A stretch of DNA of 64,000 nucleotides, taken from Octopus sinensis (lineage: Eukaryota). Both the position numbers and the translations under genes were made by a program. The stretch's first letter is position 1. Each line of letters opens with the position of its first letter. The stretch spans positions 93,744,001-93,808,000 of the forward strand of contig NC_043005.1 in assembly GCF_006345805.1 (NCBI RefSeq), read 5' to 3'. This document shows, piece after piece, positions 27,001 to 38,697 of this stretch. The notes under the pieces are model-generated. The model did not search any database and was not told the DNA's origin. It saw only the letters and a program-made list of their open reading frames with translations.

Positions 27001-30000
27001 TCGAAAACCAACTTAATATAACAGTAATTCTTTATTCTTTTCAAATTTATTGGAAACAGAAATCTGGTAATGAGAGAGTTAAATGTATTTCTTCTTTATT
27101 ACAGGTATGATCTTAGAATTTATGGCAGGAAAATCTGGTGCTCTGCATGGCATGAGTCATGATTCTACTCCATTCTCATTCAATGATGACTATACGGCAT
27201 CAGACCATTTTGGAAAACTACTCACTGCAGGTTAGTTTGGTTGGAGAAACACGAGTTGTTTTCATCTGTGTTAATTGTATCCCTATATCCTTCATTATAA
27301 ATATCTCTTTCTTTATGGTAATGTTCCAGGATGGCTTTGGCTGTAACAATTAAAACGACTTAAAGATCATGCCATATCTTTGTATTCATATGCATCCTAA
27401 ATCATGGACATAGCATTGCTGAATGGCAAAAGAAGCTTGCTTTACACACACGAAATCCTTCTTTCAATCCCATTGCATGGCATCTTAGGCAAATGTCATT
27501 TTTATATCCCGGGGTCAACCTATTGCTCTGAATGAAACTGGTTAGATAGAAATTGTATAGAAGCCCATTCAGTGGATACAGCTGTGTTACTGTTCCATGG
27601 TTATTCTGTTTGTGTAGATATGGCTCAAATATTTTACCTGTTTTATATTCAAACTGGTCAGATCCAGGCTCTCACACCTACCCTACAATGTCATTCTAAA
27701 AATAAACACTCACATTATCAAAATCACAAAGCTATGAGATGTTGTATGATTAATTCAAACTAATGCAAATAAATAATTTGACAGAATCTGAATGCAAAAG
27801 GCTTAAGAGTACATGAGTGTGTGTGGAATACTCAACCACATGGAATGCTAATTCAATGAGCAAATGATTTGGTTAATTGTTGAAACCTGCAGAGATCTAT
27901 TTACTTTGTTATCTTAAGCCACCTCAGCTGTATGATTGCGACAATATATTAATATGAGTAAGAAAACATAAGCTTCATCTCCAAACTACATAAATGCTAA
28001 CTCTCTTGTGTTTAACTAAGTGAATTTCTTTTACTATTTTGATGCTTCATTTGAGAATTTCTTTAATTTATATTCATTACAGCTGGTTACAACTTCTATG
28101 GAACTGAACGACTCTACAGTGGGGTCACTGGTGAGGAGCTAGAGGCTGATATCTTCATAGGTATTGTCTACTACCAGAAATTGAGACATATGGTTTCAGA
28201 CAAGTTCCAGGTGAGATTAACATACAGGTTCTGTTTTGATCTCTTTTGTCTATGTCTTTTATGCTTTATCACTGTTAAGGTTGACTCTATATATAGAGGA
28301 TGTATGTGTAAACCTGAAGAACTTCTGAAGTTCACAACTGATTTTCTCTATATTGGGAACATACATTACTTATGTTCCAGAGATAGTTTTAGACTCTTAA
28401 CATTTTTTGCATAATGAGTAATGGGGCCTCTGGGGTACTTTTGACTGCTCACATGGTCCACACATTGCTATTGTTCAAACTGGAAAAAACAGCTACTGAG
28501 ATGATATAAGTAGGTTGTATTAAATGGATGAACCGATGTAGACTTCAAACTGCATTGTCTAAGTGGCAGCAATAATAGCCTGTTCTTGTAGTACCATAGG
28601 TAGCAATTTGCTGGAATAAAAACCGTTTGAAATGCACTAAGTTTATTATGAAAAATATGCTAAAATATGTTGAATCCTGAGCAACTATTTTCTTTTAGCT
28701 TCAATATCAAAGTCTTCCCTCTTAGTATAGATGAAGCCCATACAAATATTCTTCAGCTGTTGATTACAAACTTAAATATCGCATGTACATTAACCTACAA
28801 ATTTATCATGTCTAAGACCTAACCCTGTATGTTAGAGACTGTGTCTTTAACATGACCTTGTGTGCCCAGACGCTGCATGCAGAATTGTTTTCATTTGGGA
28901 GCTGAGTTGTCCACACAATGGTCGCAGGCTGTTTACATGAAGGAGTGCACAGTCAAGCCATGACTTTTGATTCCCAACCACGTCAGCAACCCAAAGTCAT
29001 GTGACCCGACCATGTGTGTTAGAGACCGTGTGCTTAATATGACCTTGCGTAGCCTGATGTTGCATGCAGAATTATTTTCGTTTGGGAGTTGTCCTCACAA
29101 TGGTCTCATGCTGTTTACACAAAGGAGTGCATGGTTGAGCCACAGCTGTTGATTCCAAACTGAAATATTGCATGACTGTTGTTTTCAAGTGCTTCTTGGC
29201 ATGCCCTCACCCCCTCGTTTACTACATCATTTCTTTCATGCAGATTTCTCTCATGTGGTGCTGTTGAGCACACCCACAGGCTTGATTTGTCACATAGACG
29301 TAGTTCCTATGTCTGCTGATTGTTCAATGTGATAGTGGCAGCTGCAAAGGAGAGTATATCCACTGAGAGCTTTTGGGTGCATTCAAAAACTACATACCCC
29401 CACCCACTTCTCCATGACATGGTTAGGACCTGGAATATTCCAAACAGATGCATAATATGTCACTTAGTCAAATTAGCCCTTCATTTGACCCACAAATGCT
29501 TTGTTGTCAATGCTGCACTTCCCCAGTATCACATGTTTCGACTTGAACTGTACCGTATATACAAACTATGACATTTAAATCCCAAGCAACGCCGGGTATC
29601 TCTGCTAGTCTGTTAATATAGCAGTAATTAAGTATTTATTATATCTACTTCTTCACATGAGACCCTCTGAGTTCAAATCAGTGATGTGTTTGTATTCCTG
29701 AGGAACATTATATCATGCAGTTGTGCATTTTCCAAGTTTAGTGGAATAAAAAATCCTTTACTTGAAAAACAGACCAGCATAAGAAAAATGTAAAAGGAAT
29801 ACACACATGCCTATATCACTTTTGTCAATGATTCAATAATTCTATCAAATGAGGTGTGTAAATGCTTTTCTGTCTCTCTTGCTAACAATTTTTTTTTTGG
29901 TAGATTGCTGAAAAATTAAGTCATCATTATGTGATATACCATCTAGTAGTAATAACGAGCTGTTTCTGGTTATGTTTCTAGGTGAGAACAACTGGTCGTG

Positions 30001-31144
30001 TGGATGTACAGACACATCAGCCTATAAAAGGTAGAAGACGCGGTGGTGGTGCTCGGTTCGGAGAAATGGAAAGAGATGCCCTCATTGCACACGGTTCCTC
30101 GTTTCTTTTGCAAGACCGTCTACTCAACTGCACTGACCGATGCCTGGTCAGTGTTGCTTTTCTTATTGTATTTTATTATCTGTATTATTCAACAGTTTTG
30201 ACAAGTTCTTTTTAATATCTTTCTCAGGCCTCCATCAATCAAGGTTAACCATAGATCTATACATACCTATGTGCAGGCCACCTAAGCAGAGCTTTTTTTC
30301 TTTGTTGAAGGGAGACTGTCAGGTGCTCATGCATGCTAGTCCCCTCTTACACACCATCATCATTTAATGACCATGTTCCTTGATTCTTTTGTTGGATAGT
30401 TTGTAGGATCCAATGGGCCCAAGGGTTACATCAGCACCTGCTTTGGCATGGTTTCTATGGCTGGATACCCTTCCTAATGCCACTCAATTTACAGTGTGTG
30501 TGTGTGTTTGTGTGACACCAGTATTCATGTGTTTGTTGCCATGCGGCATGCAAGGTTAAGATCCCCTTCAACTAAGTGGGACTACAGTAGAGAGTGGGAC
30601 TAGCTTTATGCTCGGGGATGAAGCGTTAGATTATAGAAGGGGACCAGCACAGAATGGGTTTCTTGTTGTTGAGGCTACTCATACTATAGAAGAGAGAATG
30701 GAAATAACCAGGGTAAAGCTGGATTATAGATAAAAATAGGGGTAATGAAGTGTCAGGATGAACTCGCAAGGAACACCAAACCATGCTTTTTGCTCCAGGT
30801 AGAACCCTTAAGAAAAATAATCTATGTTTTATATTCAATATAGTAGGGATTGAACACCTGATGTTCAGGTCTTTGGTCTTTTATTTAATCATGCTTTTTT
30901 AATATGTCTTTCCTTTTTCTTAATTTTATTTCAGACAAAAGTTTGCACTGAATGTGGAAATATACTTTCTCCTATTCAGTCTCCGGTTGATAGCACAAAA
31001 ATAGCTTATGATATGCAACATTGGTCATGTATGTTATGTAAGAAGTCAGAGACTATTAAAAATATCACCATTCCGTATGTGTTCCGTTACCTTGTTGCAG
31101 AACTTGCTGCTGTAAACATCAACCTAAAAGTTGATGTTAAATGA
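5977..31144 (+). CDS. POLR1B: DNA-directed RNA polymerase I subunit RPA2 (RPA135), spliced; C-terminal ~635 aa in 15 exons, N-terminal exons lie upstream of the window
   Basis: Manual splicing gives one open frame (1910 nt = 2 + 636 codons including stop) with hallmark motifs [86 protein letters not shown] and the C-terminal CxxC...CxxC zinc ribbon; all introns GT-AG with matching phases. Confidence 0.97.
6180..10450 (-). mobile_element. Second CR1-group LINE in a POLR1B intron (ORF1 relic, APE endonuclease, RT), several frameshifts
   Basis: RT ORF 6268-7476 (QHGF, DFAKAFD, GVPQG, FADD), endonuclease ORF 7996-8781, ORF1-like RSAIIYG...RLG...RPRPIRV in 8735-9433; 3' hairpin at 6229-6246 and TAAC-type tail; 5' boundary approximate. 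Confidence 0.9.
12652..12858 (+). CDS. POLR1B: POLR1B exon (IVNTLYDL...LKLDPSSK)
   Basis: Polypyrimidine tract + ttag acceptor, gtaag donor, 69 codons phase 0-0. Confidence 0.93.
13219..13416 (+). CDS. POLR1B: POLR1B exon (VPVTLEIC...SLYPGVYLF...RLVRPV...GTFEQIYL)
   Basis: ctag acceptor, gtaagt donor, 66 codons, matches RPA2 motifs. Confidence 0.95.
15027..16056 (+). mobile_element. Helentron/HINE-like non-autonomous element(s)
   Basis: Subterminal inverted repeat (tatctctgcc / ggcggaggt) and a 3' hairpin gcgctc-tct-gagtgc at 16036-16050. Confidence 0.45.
15603..15800 (+). pseudogene. Gypsy integrase C-terminal (GPY/F module) fragment
   Basis: WTQVFV...[12 protein letters not shown]...[12 protein letters not shown], similar to the integrase end at ~48250. 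Confidence 0.75.
16504..16611 (+). CDS. POLR1B: POLR1B exon (ITTHMEL...[11 protein letters not shown])
   Basis: tag acceptor, gtaaat donor, 36 codons. Confidence 0.95.
16955..17159 (-). mobile_element. Second tRNA-derived SINE family, copy
   Basis: Reverse complement begins ggcagtgagctggcagaatcgttagcac; core catcctttt/gggttgataaa/taccagt; further copies at ~16090 (+), ~25830, ~39330 and ~39985. Confidence 0.7.
17395..17571 (+). CDS. POLR1B: POLR1B exon (MGKQTVG...[10 protein letters not shown]...VAVLSYT)
   Basis: ttcag acceptor, gtaaac donor, 59 codons. Confidence 0.96.
18458..18541 (+). CDS. POLR1B: POLR1B exon ([28 protein letters not shown])
   Basis: tacag acceptor, gtaagt donor, 28 codons. 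Confidence 0.96.
19432..19615 (-). repeat. RTE-derived 3' UTR repeat copy
   Basis: (CAT)n followed by gtttaacgtccg...ccatgctagcatgggttgg. Confidence 0.75.
20023..20071 (+). CDS. POLR1B: POLR1B short exon ([16 protein letters not shown] + 1 nt)
   Basis: Pyrimidine tract + gaag acceptor, gtaagt donor; supplies the phase needed between the flanking exons; IDL...F matches RPA2. Confidence 0.85.
20478..20627. mobile_element. Degenerate hAT/Charlie-like MITE
   Basis: Starts cagtggtttgcaacc; decayed inverted end ggctgggagtcattg. Confidence 0.4.
20700..21050 (+). pseudogene. RTE LINE 3' end fragment with (GAT)n tail
   Basis: Translates to [15 protein letters not shown]...EGKI..K..RGR, an RTE RT C-terminus. 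Confidence 0.7.
21866..21950 (+). CDS. POLR1B: POLR1B exon ([27 protein letters not shown])
   Basis: tgtag acceptor, gtacgc donor, DGLP motif. Confidence 0.93.
22649..22790 (+). CDS. POLR1B: POLR1B exon (YFNQETS...VLRVP)
   Basis: tttag acceptor, gtacgt donor, phase 2-0. Confidence 0.93.
23150..23600 (+). pseudogene. Penelope-like RT relic
   Basis: Degenerate [16 protein letters not shown] and I.WF motifs. Confidence 0.6.
24779..24837 (+). CDS. POLR1B: POLR1B exon ([19 protein letters not shown])
   Basis: cttag acceptor, gtaagg donor, invariant catalytic-region motif. Confidence 0.97.
25414..25511 (+). CDS. POLR1B: POLR1B exon ([14 protein letters not shown]...[10 protein letters not shown])
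   Basis: tccag acceptor, gtaact donor. Confidence 0.97.
26782..26947. mobile_element. piggyBac-type MITE with TTAA target site
   Basis: TTAA|CCCTTTTGTTTCCATA ... TAGTAACAAGAAAGGG|TTAA. Confidence 0.7.
27105..27230 (+). CDS. POLR1B: POLR1B exon ([16 protein letters not shown]...KLLTA)
   Basis: tacag acceptor, gttagt donor. Confidence 0.96.
28083..28210 (+). CDS. POLR1B: POLR1B exon ([13 protein letters not shown]...[14 protein letters not shown])
   Basis: tacag acceptor, gtgaga donor. Confidence 0.97.
28800..29612 (-). mobile_element. Helitron-like non-autonomous element
   Basis: Terminus on - reads actagcagagatacccggcgttgcttggg; a related terminus lies on + at ~32962; internal ~190-bp direct repeat. 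Confidence 0.45.
29982..30146 (+). CDS. POLR1B: POLR1B exon (VRTTGRVD...[14 protein letters not shown]...DRCL)
   Basis: tctag acceptor, gtcagt donor, 55 codons. Confidence 0.97.
30935..31144 (+). CDS. POLR1B: POLR1B terminal coding exon (TKVCTECG...CMLC...[23 protein letters not shown])
   Basis: ttcag acceptor, zinc-ribbon cysteines, RPA2 C-terminus, TGA stop at 31142-31144. Confidence 0.96.
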   Translation, partial: TKVCTECGNILSPIQSPVDSTKIAYDMQHWSCMLCKKSETIKNITIPYVFRYLVAELAAVNINLKVDVK

Positions 31145-31351
31145 TGTGATTAATGCCTTTGTTGTATGACACCTGTAAGTATTTTGATGATAGATTTTTT
31201 TTTTTCTGAAGTTGAATGAGCTACGAAATTCATCAAAGATTTTGTTTTACTGTATTATGTACACCTGACAGTTATTGGAAGGCAGCTGTTTGTCAAGTCA
31301 GTGTATAAAAAACAGTTGTCTAAATTTCCTGTTTGATCAACAACAGCTTGT

Positions 31352-31357
31352 AATAAA
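31352..31357 (+). promoter_or_regulatory. Candidate polyadenylation signal of POLR1B
   Basis: First AATAAA about 210 nt after the stop, followed by T-rich sequence; an alternative AATAAA lies at 32259-32264. Confidence 0.5.
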
Positions 31358-33993
31358 GATATTTTTATACATAATTTTAATTAATCTTCTGTCTATATTG
31401 GTTTTTTACATTGTTTTCATATCTTTAAAGTAGAAGCAAATTTCTACAAATTTAGACTAATTTTTGTGAATTGTTTTACATTCTTAACAAGGACTTGCAT
31501 GTTCATTTTTAATGTATTGCTATTGTGTTTCATTACAGAACAACTTTTCCTTTACAACAAATGTGTATTCAGAAGACATTTCATTCATTAGAGTAAAGGA
31601 ACTTTGGGACATGCAGTGTTTCAACATTGTTGTGTCTTTTCAGCCATCTCAGACTAATGAATTTGGCATGAGTACCTACACCAGTCATAGGATGGTTATG
31701 ATGGTATTTACCTTTCAGATGGACTGACTCAATTAGTTTACTTTATGAAAGGAGGCAGAATTTTATGCCATTTTGAGGTTCTGGCCTTTCAAACACTGTA
31801 CAAATGTCTAACAACTGCTGCATGGCATTTTCCATCTGATTCATTTCTGTGACACTTTATCTGTAAAACTAAACTTTCTTAAGTCTGAGCTTACTATACA
31901 CGTTCACAAATTTCTCCATCACTTGTAACCCTAAAATAGTTGAGTTACTTCATATTTAAGTTTCCTTGGTGACACTCAACATCATTCTAAGAACAAAAGT
32001 TTTTTGTTTTTTATTTATCCTGGGCAAAGGGCAGAGTTGACTGAGATTATCCCAGGCAAAGGGCAGAGTTGACTAAGATGGAGTCTATTTTAATAGCATA
32101 GAAGTTAGTGGCAAGAATTCTTTAGGTCAAAGCTTGTAAGATTCCATATTTTATATTATTTTTATTATTATCCATTTAAGTAGGCATATGTAATTTGTAA
32201 TTATTTAATTATTATTCAATTCCATTGAATTCTTATCTTTTTGTAATTAGAATTGCATAATAAAAGTTAATGAACTATTTAGTAATTAAAAATCTATGAT
32301 GATGTTGATTTTTAGCTAAATAAAACTGAAGTTGGAAGAATAAGAAAAAACATTAAAAATATATTATTAGTACATATAAGGTTTACAATAATTTTATGCC
32401 AAGGTACAAATAATACATACTTAACATTTACATGGAGACATACATGCAAGACATGTTAAACTATGATGATGATGGCAACAACAATGTATCTTTCTCTTTC
32501 TTGAAAACTTGATAAGGGTTCATATCAGGAAAGGGTATCCAGCCATAAAGCAATACCTCAGAATGTCCTGTCAATCCATACTGGCATGTAAGAGCAGATG
32601 TAAAAATATTTTTTTTAGCATTGATTGAGAAGACCTTTGATCAAAAGTAGTTTAATATCAGCCTTTCTTTATGTATATCTAGGACATTGTCTAATGTGTC
32701 CTTTTTAAATTGACAGGTTTTTTTTTAAGAAAATTTGGCTGCTGTTTCTAGCAGATCAGGTATCCATGTAGAGGTTCTCTCATCTATTTGATATACAGTA
32801 ATCCCTCGCCATATCGTAGTTTATTTTTTAAGGTTACATTGATTCCTCCATGGTGTTGTTTTGCATTTATAATAAAATAAATATATACAAATTATAAAAA
32901 TAGATATATGTATGATGTATATATGTGTATATACGTATGATATATATATATATATATATATACACTAACAATGCATCCTGGTGTTGCCCAGGTGTTATGA
33001 CCTACAGGTACATTGTATTATTTGCTCCTTTCTTATGGGCAGAATCAGCACAGCTGATACATAGTTAATGGCAGAATGGAAGTTATTGTTTGTTTAAAAG
33101 TGAAGGACTAGGGTACAATTTGCATGGGTTTGCATGAAAGTGCTTTCTGTTCTTAAGGATCGCAAGTTATTTATTGTTTCATTGTATAAAAGTGGGTTAA
33201 TACAATTTTGTCCAGAAATCACATTTTCAAAATTTTAATCTCACCCCATCCTCACTGCAATTTCTTAATTTGTAACTTTTTCAATTTTTTTTTTTTTATC
33301 TCCGTAGAAAAATACAGAGATTACGAATCTGGGAAATACATATATTTTTTATCATAGTTTAATATTTCTGAAGGAAACACTCAATGCCCCTTCCAGATAA
33401 TTTCAATATGAAGCAAATAATTTGTGAAGATACCATTGTGTTATTATCTAGTGTAACAATTTAAAAATGATAGCAGAATCAATAATATAGGCGATTGCAG
33501 GCCTGTATTGAAATTATTTTCACACTGGTGGCTGTCAGGATTCAGCACAAAACGAATCAGTTGCAGTGCAGACTTGAACGCAACGGGTTTGGGACTTTCC
33601 ATCTTGGTAACACGTGCTGAGGAAGGTGAGGCTATAATGCCAGTCCAGAAACTGGTCCATGTGAGTCCAAATACTTGAATGTATGCTGAGAGATTGTCTT
33701 AGCCTGTTTGCCTTGAAACGGTTGATTTCTGTAGTTATTATCAAATAAGAGTTTTGACGGCTATTTCCAGCAGTTAGACATACTTAACGTGTCCTTTGAT
33801 TAATTTTAATCTTTCAGCTATTCAATACTTTTTTTGTCCCTGCAATCAATATTATTGATTCTGTTACTATCATTTTAAAATTTAGGGCGATTATATATTA
33901 TGAAGTAAAAGCCGGAAAAATTACATAAAAAAATCACAGAAGATAAAAAAATCCATGATATAAATAATATTGTATTAATAGACCAATATATAA

Positions 33994-34403
33994 GCGCAGG
34001 AGTGGCTGTGTGGTAAGTAGCTTGCTAACCAACCACATGGTTCCGGGTTCAGTCCCACTGCGTGGCATCTTGGGCAAGTGTCTTCTGCTATAGCCCCAGG
34101 CCGACCAATGCCTTGTGAGTGGATTTGGTAGACGGAAACTGAAAGAAGCCTGTCGTATATATGTATATATATATAAGTGTGTGTGTGTATGTTTGTGTGT
34201 CTGTGTTTGTCCCCCTAGCATTGCTTGACAACCGATGCTGGTGTGTTTACATCCCCGTCACTTAGCGGTTCGGCAAAAGAGACCGATAGAATAAGTACTG
34301 GGCTTACAAAGAATAAGTCCCGGGGTCGATTTGCTCGACTAAAAGGCGGTGCTCCAGCATGGCCGCAGTCAAATGACTGAAACAAGTAAAAGAGTAAAAA
34401 GAG
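33994..34403 (+). mobile_element. Full-length tRNA-derived SINE with internal (TA)n(TG)n tract and LINE-derived 3' tail
   Basis: A box (tggctgtgtggt), B box (ggttcagtcc), agtaaaag-type tail, 7-bp TSD TATATAA (33987-33993 and 34404-34410). Confidence 0.85.
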
Positions 34404-36038
34404 TATATAAAGTATGATTATTTTATGAATGTATTACTCTTTGAAATGAAATCCAAAATTGATAATGATTATTAGGTAATACATCCGCTCGTCAGAGAAA
34501 AGGATGAATTTCCGTATAGTCCAATCAACTGAGAGAGATGCTACTTAAAAACCTATGATAAAGATGTTGTTTAAAAAGTTACTGTTATAGATGTAAAGAT
34601 GTGTAACTAGGGCTAAAAATTTTGATAAAATAATATAAACTCATGGTAAAATCCTTTGTAGTAATCCATGATGGCTGCGTGTAGACAGAAGCTGCATAAT
34701 TACTTTTCTCTTTAGTATGTAATCCATAAATGTAAAGAATTCTTTATTATCCACAAGGGGTCCACATAAAGGGGACTATACAACATGGGGAGGGGGGGAA
34801 TATAAACTGAAAGTAAGGGATGACTAAAATAACGAAAGCAAATGGAAAATGAAACAAAGCTATTCGGCCCCACATCCGAGCAACTTCATTCAACATGTTA
34901 GTACGACTTTGAAACACAGTTAATCTTGATCCTTCTGAAGAATGTCTATTTTATAATCATCGCAAAGATCATGATACTCTCTTTCTACTTTGCTGATTGG
35001 CTGGTGTCAATATTCAGAGTTCGTTTCGTAGTCTTTTATTCTTGACTTATGTTCCAAGTTTGCCACCACACAATGGTATCACCATGGTAATCCAGAATAT
35101 CCTGTCGTATATACTTTTATTATATTGTCCCATGTGTCTATTTCCTCGTAAAGTTCTCTATTGGTTCTGTCATATATTACAATGCATTTTTTCTCACAGG
35201 GCAGGGAGGGGCAGTTTTGGGGCTCCTGTGTGCTTGTGTCGGTGGGGTGTGAAGAGCGTTGGTGTCTGTAGCGGGAGGATGGGACAGAGTGGGTGTGGGA
35301 TGGGGGTCAACATTCACAGGTTGTGTCTTTCTCTTCTTTCTTCTTTTTCTACCAGCTATTTCCCATTCATTCCCTTCGTTGTTCACCTTTTCTTCTTCCT
35401 CAGCACTTGTATTATCTTTTGTTGGTGCTGAAGGTTGCATCTTCCTCCCAGCTTGTGTACACACATATATATATATAGTAAGAGGAGGGATATAATATCC
35501 AGGCAGATACCACATTTCTCTATGTAAAATGCCAAAGCTGGTTCCTTCAGATGGTGCATTTTTTGGTTAATTTCCCGTACTCCCATCCGATGTTAAAGTT
35601 TATTTCTTGGCTACTTACATTGTAAAATACAATATTGATAATAAGGAGAAGGAACAATTTGAACTTTCAAACTATATGGTTCTTTGTCCAATTATTTTGG
35701 ACAATTATTATGAATAAACTAACTGGAAAGAAACAAAGTTTGAATGCTTTAATTCTTCATTGATTATAAATTCACTTGACACATGGTTGGGAAGTGAATG
35801 TCTTAACCCCTCAGCCATTTCTGCATTTCCTGCCAAGAAACTAAATATTAATACATTTTATTTATAAATTTATATGTGAGTTATAGAAACTGTAACAAGT
35901 AACATGCTGCAATTATTTCTAATAAAAGTTGTGTGGAGATGGAAATAAATATAAAACAATATTTTTTAATGTTATTTTATTGTTTGTTGACTCAAGACAA
36001 TTAGTGAAACGAGAAGAGTTTCTGTTCATTTTGGAAAC

Positions 36039-36403
36039 TTAATGGTATGGCCTGTCAATGCGATGAGTGTACTGTGTTCCTGTGCAAAAAACATTCTCAT
36101 ACATAGGGTTATTCCGATCAATTTCTTCTGTGAAGCTTGTCTTCCCTGAAACAATGTTTGGAATATGGCCATAATTGGGTACATCGCAAGGCCCTATTTT
36201 AAAAATTGAAGATACATCTTTATGTCGCCTGTAAAGCTTTTCATCTAAGACATCGTGATAGTTTACGTAATAACGTCTGCATGGCATCGGTGCCATGTGA
36301 AATTTGTTTGCTGTTTGAGAATACAAGAGTTCCCGTTTGTAGCCATTTAACATCAAATGGGGATGTATACTTGGAAGTATGCCAATATTTCTATATCGAA
36401 AAC
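36039..36403 (-). CDS. Unidentified gene, terminal coding exon (FRYRNIGILPSIHPH...THRIDRPYH*)
   Basis: tttttttag acceptor, 2-nt lead-in completes a split TGT codon, 120 sense codons then TAA. Confidence 0.75.
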
Positions 36404-37429
36404 CTAAAAAAATAAAGAAGTGACAGATTTCTTTAAAAGAAAACAGTCTATTTATCTCATGATTCATTATTTATTTAAAATATTATTTTAGAAATATTGG
36501 GAAACATGAAAATGAGTAAACGAGTCTGTAAATAAGAAGTCATTGAGTTAAAAAAGAGCATTGGACAGAAAATAAAGAGATGGAAAACCATTTGGATGAC
36601 TCAAATGGCATATTTACGGTAAGCTTGGCAATTGTGACATTGTTTTACCAAATCAACTTCCTGACCAGCCAAATAAGATGCTTTCATCTTACAAAGTGAG
36701 AAACAAAGTTTATTTATGTTTAGAACCAGTTAGGTTGAATAAAATGAAAATTGGGTCTTTTATGATGTATTTTGGGTGTAAATGCAGTTATAAAGAATAG
36801 TTCATAATTATTTCACATGCTAGCCTCTACTTGCTGTATCTGCTTGACTATACTGGAAACAAATGTAATCTCTTTGTGCTTGGGTGTTTTTGGATCTAAG
36901 GTTGAATTAAATGCAAACTATAGTTCACATTCGTAGACATACATGTGATGGTCTTGATGAAAAATGCTCGAATTTTAATACTAGCAAAGAAAAAAAAAAT
37001 GCAGTTTTATAACAATGAAGAATAATTTTTCTTTATTTTCAAAGGTGAAAACACTTTTGCTTTTGGGGGATTGAGAACTGCCAATGGAAGTAAATTTATT
37101 GCAATTAACGTAATCTTTCGAGAGTTGTTGAAAGGAGAACAGCAGGGAAATATATATATATATGCATACAGTGAGCAAGAGTCTGGAAAATTATGAATGA
37201 AATATCTTTCAAAACAAACCACTTCATATATCTGAAATGAAATTAGGCAAAGAAAAAGAGAGAGGAGGGAAGGGGGCAACCATAAATTAATGGATAAGAG
37301 AAAATATGGAAGTACCAAATCGTGGTTTATCAGTTCATTTTATTTTTAACTTTGTTGTGTCTCTGGATAACTGGTTTCCTAAATGGAGACTACATGCCAG
37401 GTCTTTTTAGGGAATACTTCTCATGTTAA

Positions 37430-37596
37430 CCTTTTTGTTATCATATTTTTGTTCAAAAATTTAAGAATTTGGTAGAATAATTTTGTCATTGTTGTTCGGA
37501 ACATAAAAATTTTTTGGAAGGTTTTAAGATCACTTTAAAACAAAGTTTGCATCATACACCCCAAGGGTGGATTCAAGCAGTTAGATATCAAAAGGG
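37430..37596. mobile_element. piggyBac-type MITE, same family
   Basis: TTAA flanks (37426-37429 and 37597-37600), CC(C)TTTTG termini, internal similarity to the 26782 copy. Confidence 0.65.
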
Positions 37597-37669
37597 TTAA
37601 AACGATGTTTATATCAGGCTTGTCTTGGGTGGGCTGATATCAAAGAGTTACTGTATTGAGAGAGTGAGG

Positions 37670-38310
37670 AAGATGCTGATGACCTTGTTCTTAAAGGTGA
37701 ATTTGTAGTAGAATTAGAAAAGAAATTTTGGTTCTAAAAGTAAAATCTGAAATTAAAGGGCTTTAAAGTTAACTCAGCAAAAACTGGGTGTAGGACAACA
37801 GAGAAACTATTAAACCCTTCAGGAAAATGGCCAGTCTCAACATAGAGAAAAGGTGTAGGTAAAAATTCCATGCTGTGTACCTGATACAAACTGGACGCAT
37901 AAGAGAAGCAGTGGAATCACAGGAAAGTTAAGAAAAGAAACTTTGTGCATGGCAGATGTTCAGGAACAATAAATGCTAAGAACACACAGGCAATTGATTT
38001 CCTCCTCAGATGCCCAGGAAGATCCTTAGAGGAAGTAGATAAGTTGTGTATGTAGGTGACATAATTAGCAGCGGAGGAGGAAGATCTACTGAAAGCATAA
38101 TTGTTAGAATAAGAACCAGCTAGAGAAAGTTCAGAGAGTAATTACCTCTGTTAGTATCAAACAATCTGTCTTTCAGGGTGAAAGGCAGATTATATGGTGC
38201 TTGCATATGAACAACAACGTTAGATGATAAGAGAAATGTAGTCCCTGAGTGCAGAAGACGTGTGAAGTCGAGAAAGAAATGAAGCTAGAATACTCTGTTA
38301 GATGTGCATG
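37670..38310 (+). pseudogene. Degraded RTE RT fragment with embedded Cys-rich (PHD-like) insert
   Basis: Remnants of ADDLVL, KGLKVN..KT, SGKWP, KGVG.NS..C, HKR.SGI.G.L, GRCSG, GD.IS.GGG and GRLY.AC across frames. Confidence 0.65.
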
Positions 38311-38697
38311 TATCCTTACTTGTTCTTGCATTCGTCCAGATTGGGTCGAGCCAGCTCCAACTAACAACTCTACTCCTCACAAATGTTGACCACATCTGAC
38401 CATCAACTGTAATGGATGCCCACTGCTGAAGACCATAGACATAGGGTCCAATTGTGCTTTACTGTTGGCAGCCAGAGGGTTCATGCAGCATTGTCATATT
38501 TCAGGGTTAGAAATGAAATCCAACGGGTGTAAGCGCAGAATTCAACGTAGTGGTTGAAGACACCTGAGTTTTTGGAGATCTTCAGCTCTCATTGGTCAGG
38601 GTTCACACCCACAAAGGAGAATAGTTCAAATGAGCCCTTGGAAAATTCACACTTTCACGTTAATTCTGATCTCTGGTTGCCTTGAAAACAATAAAAC

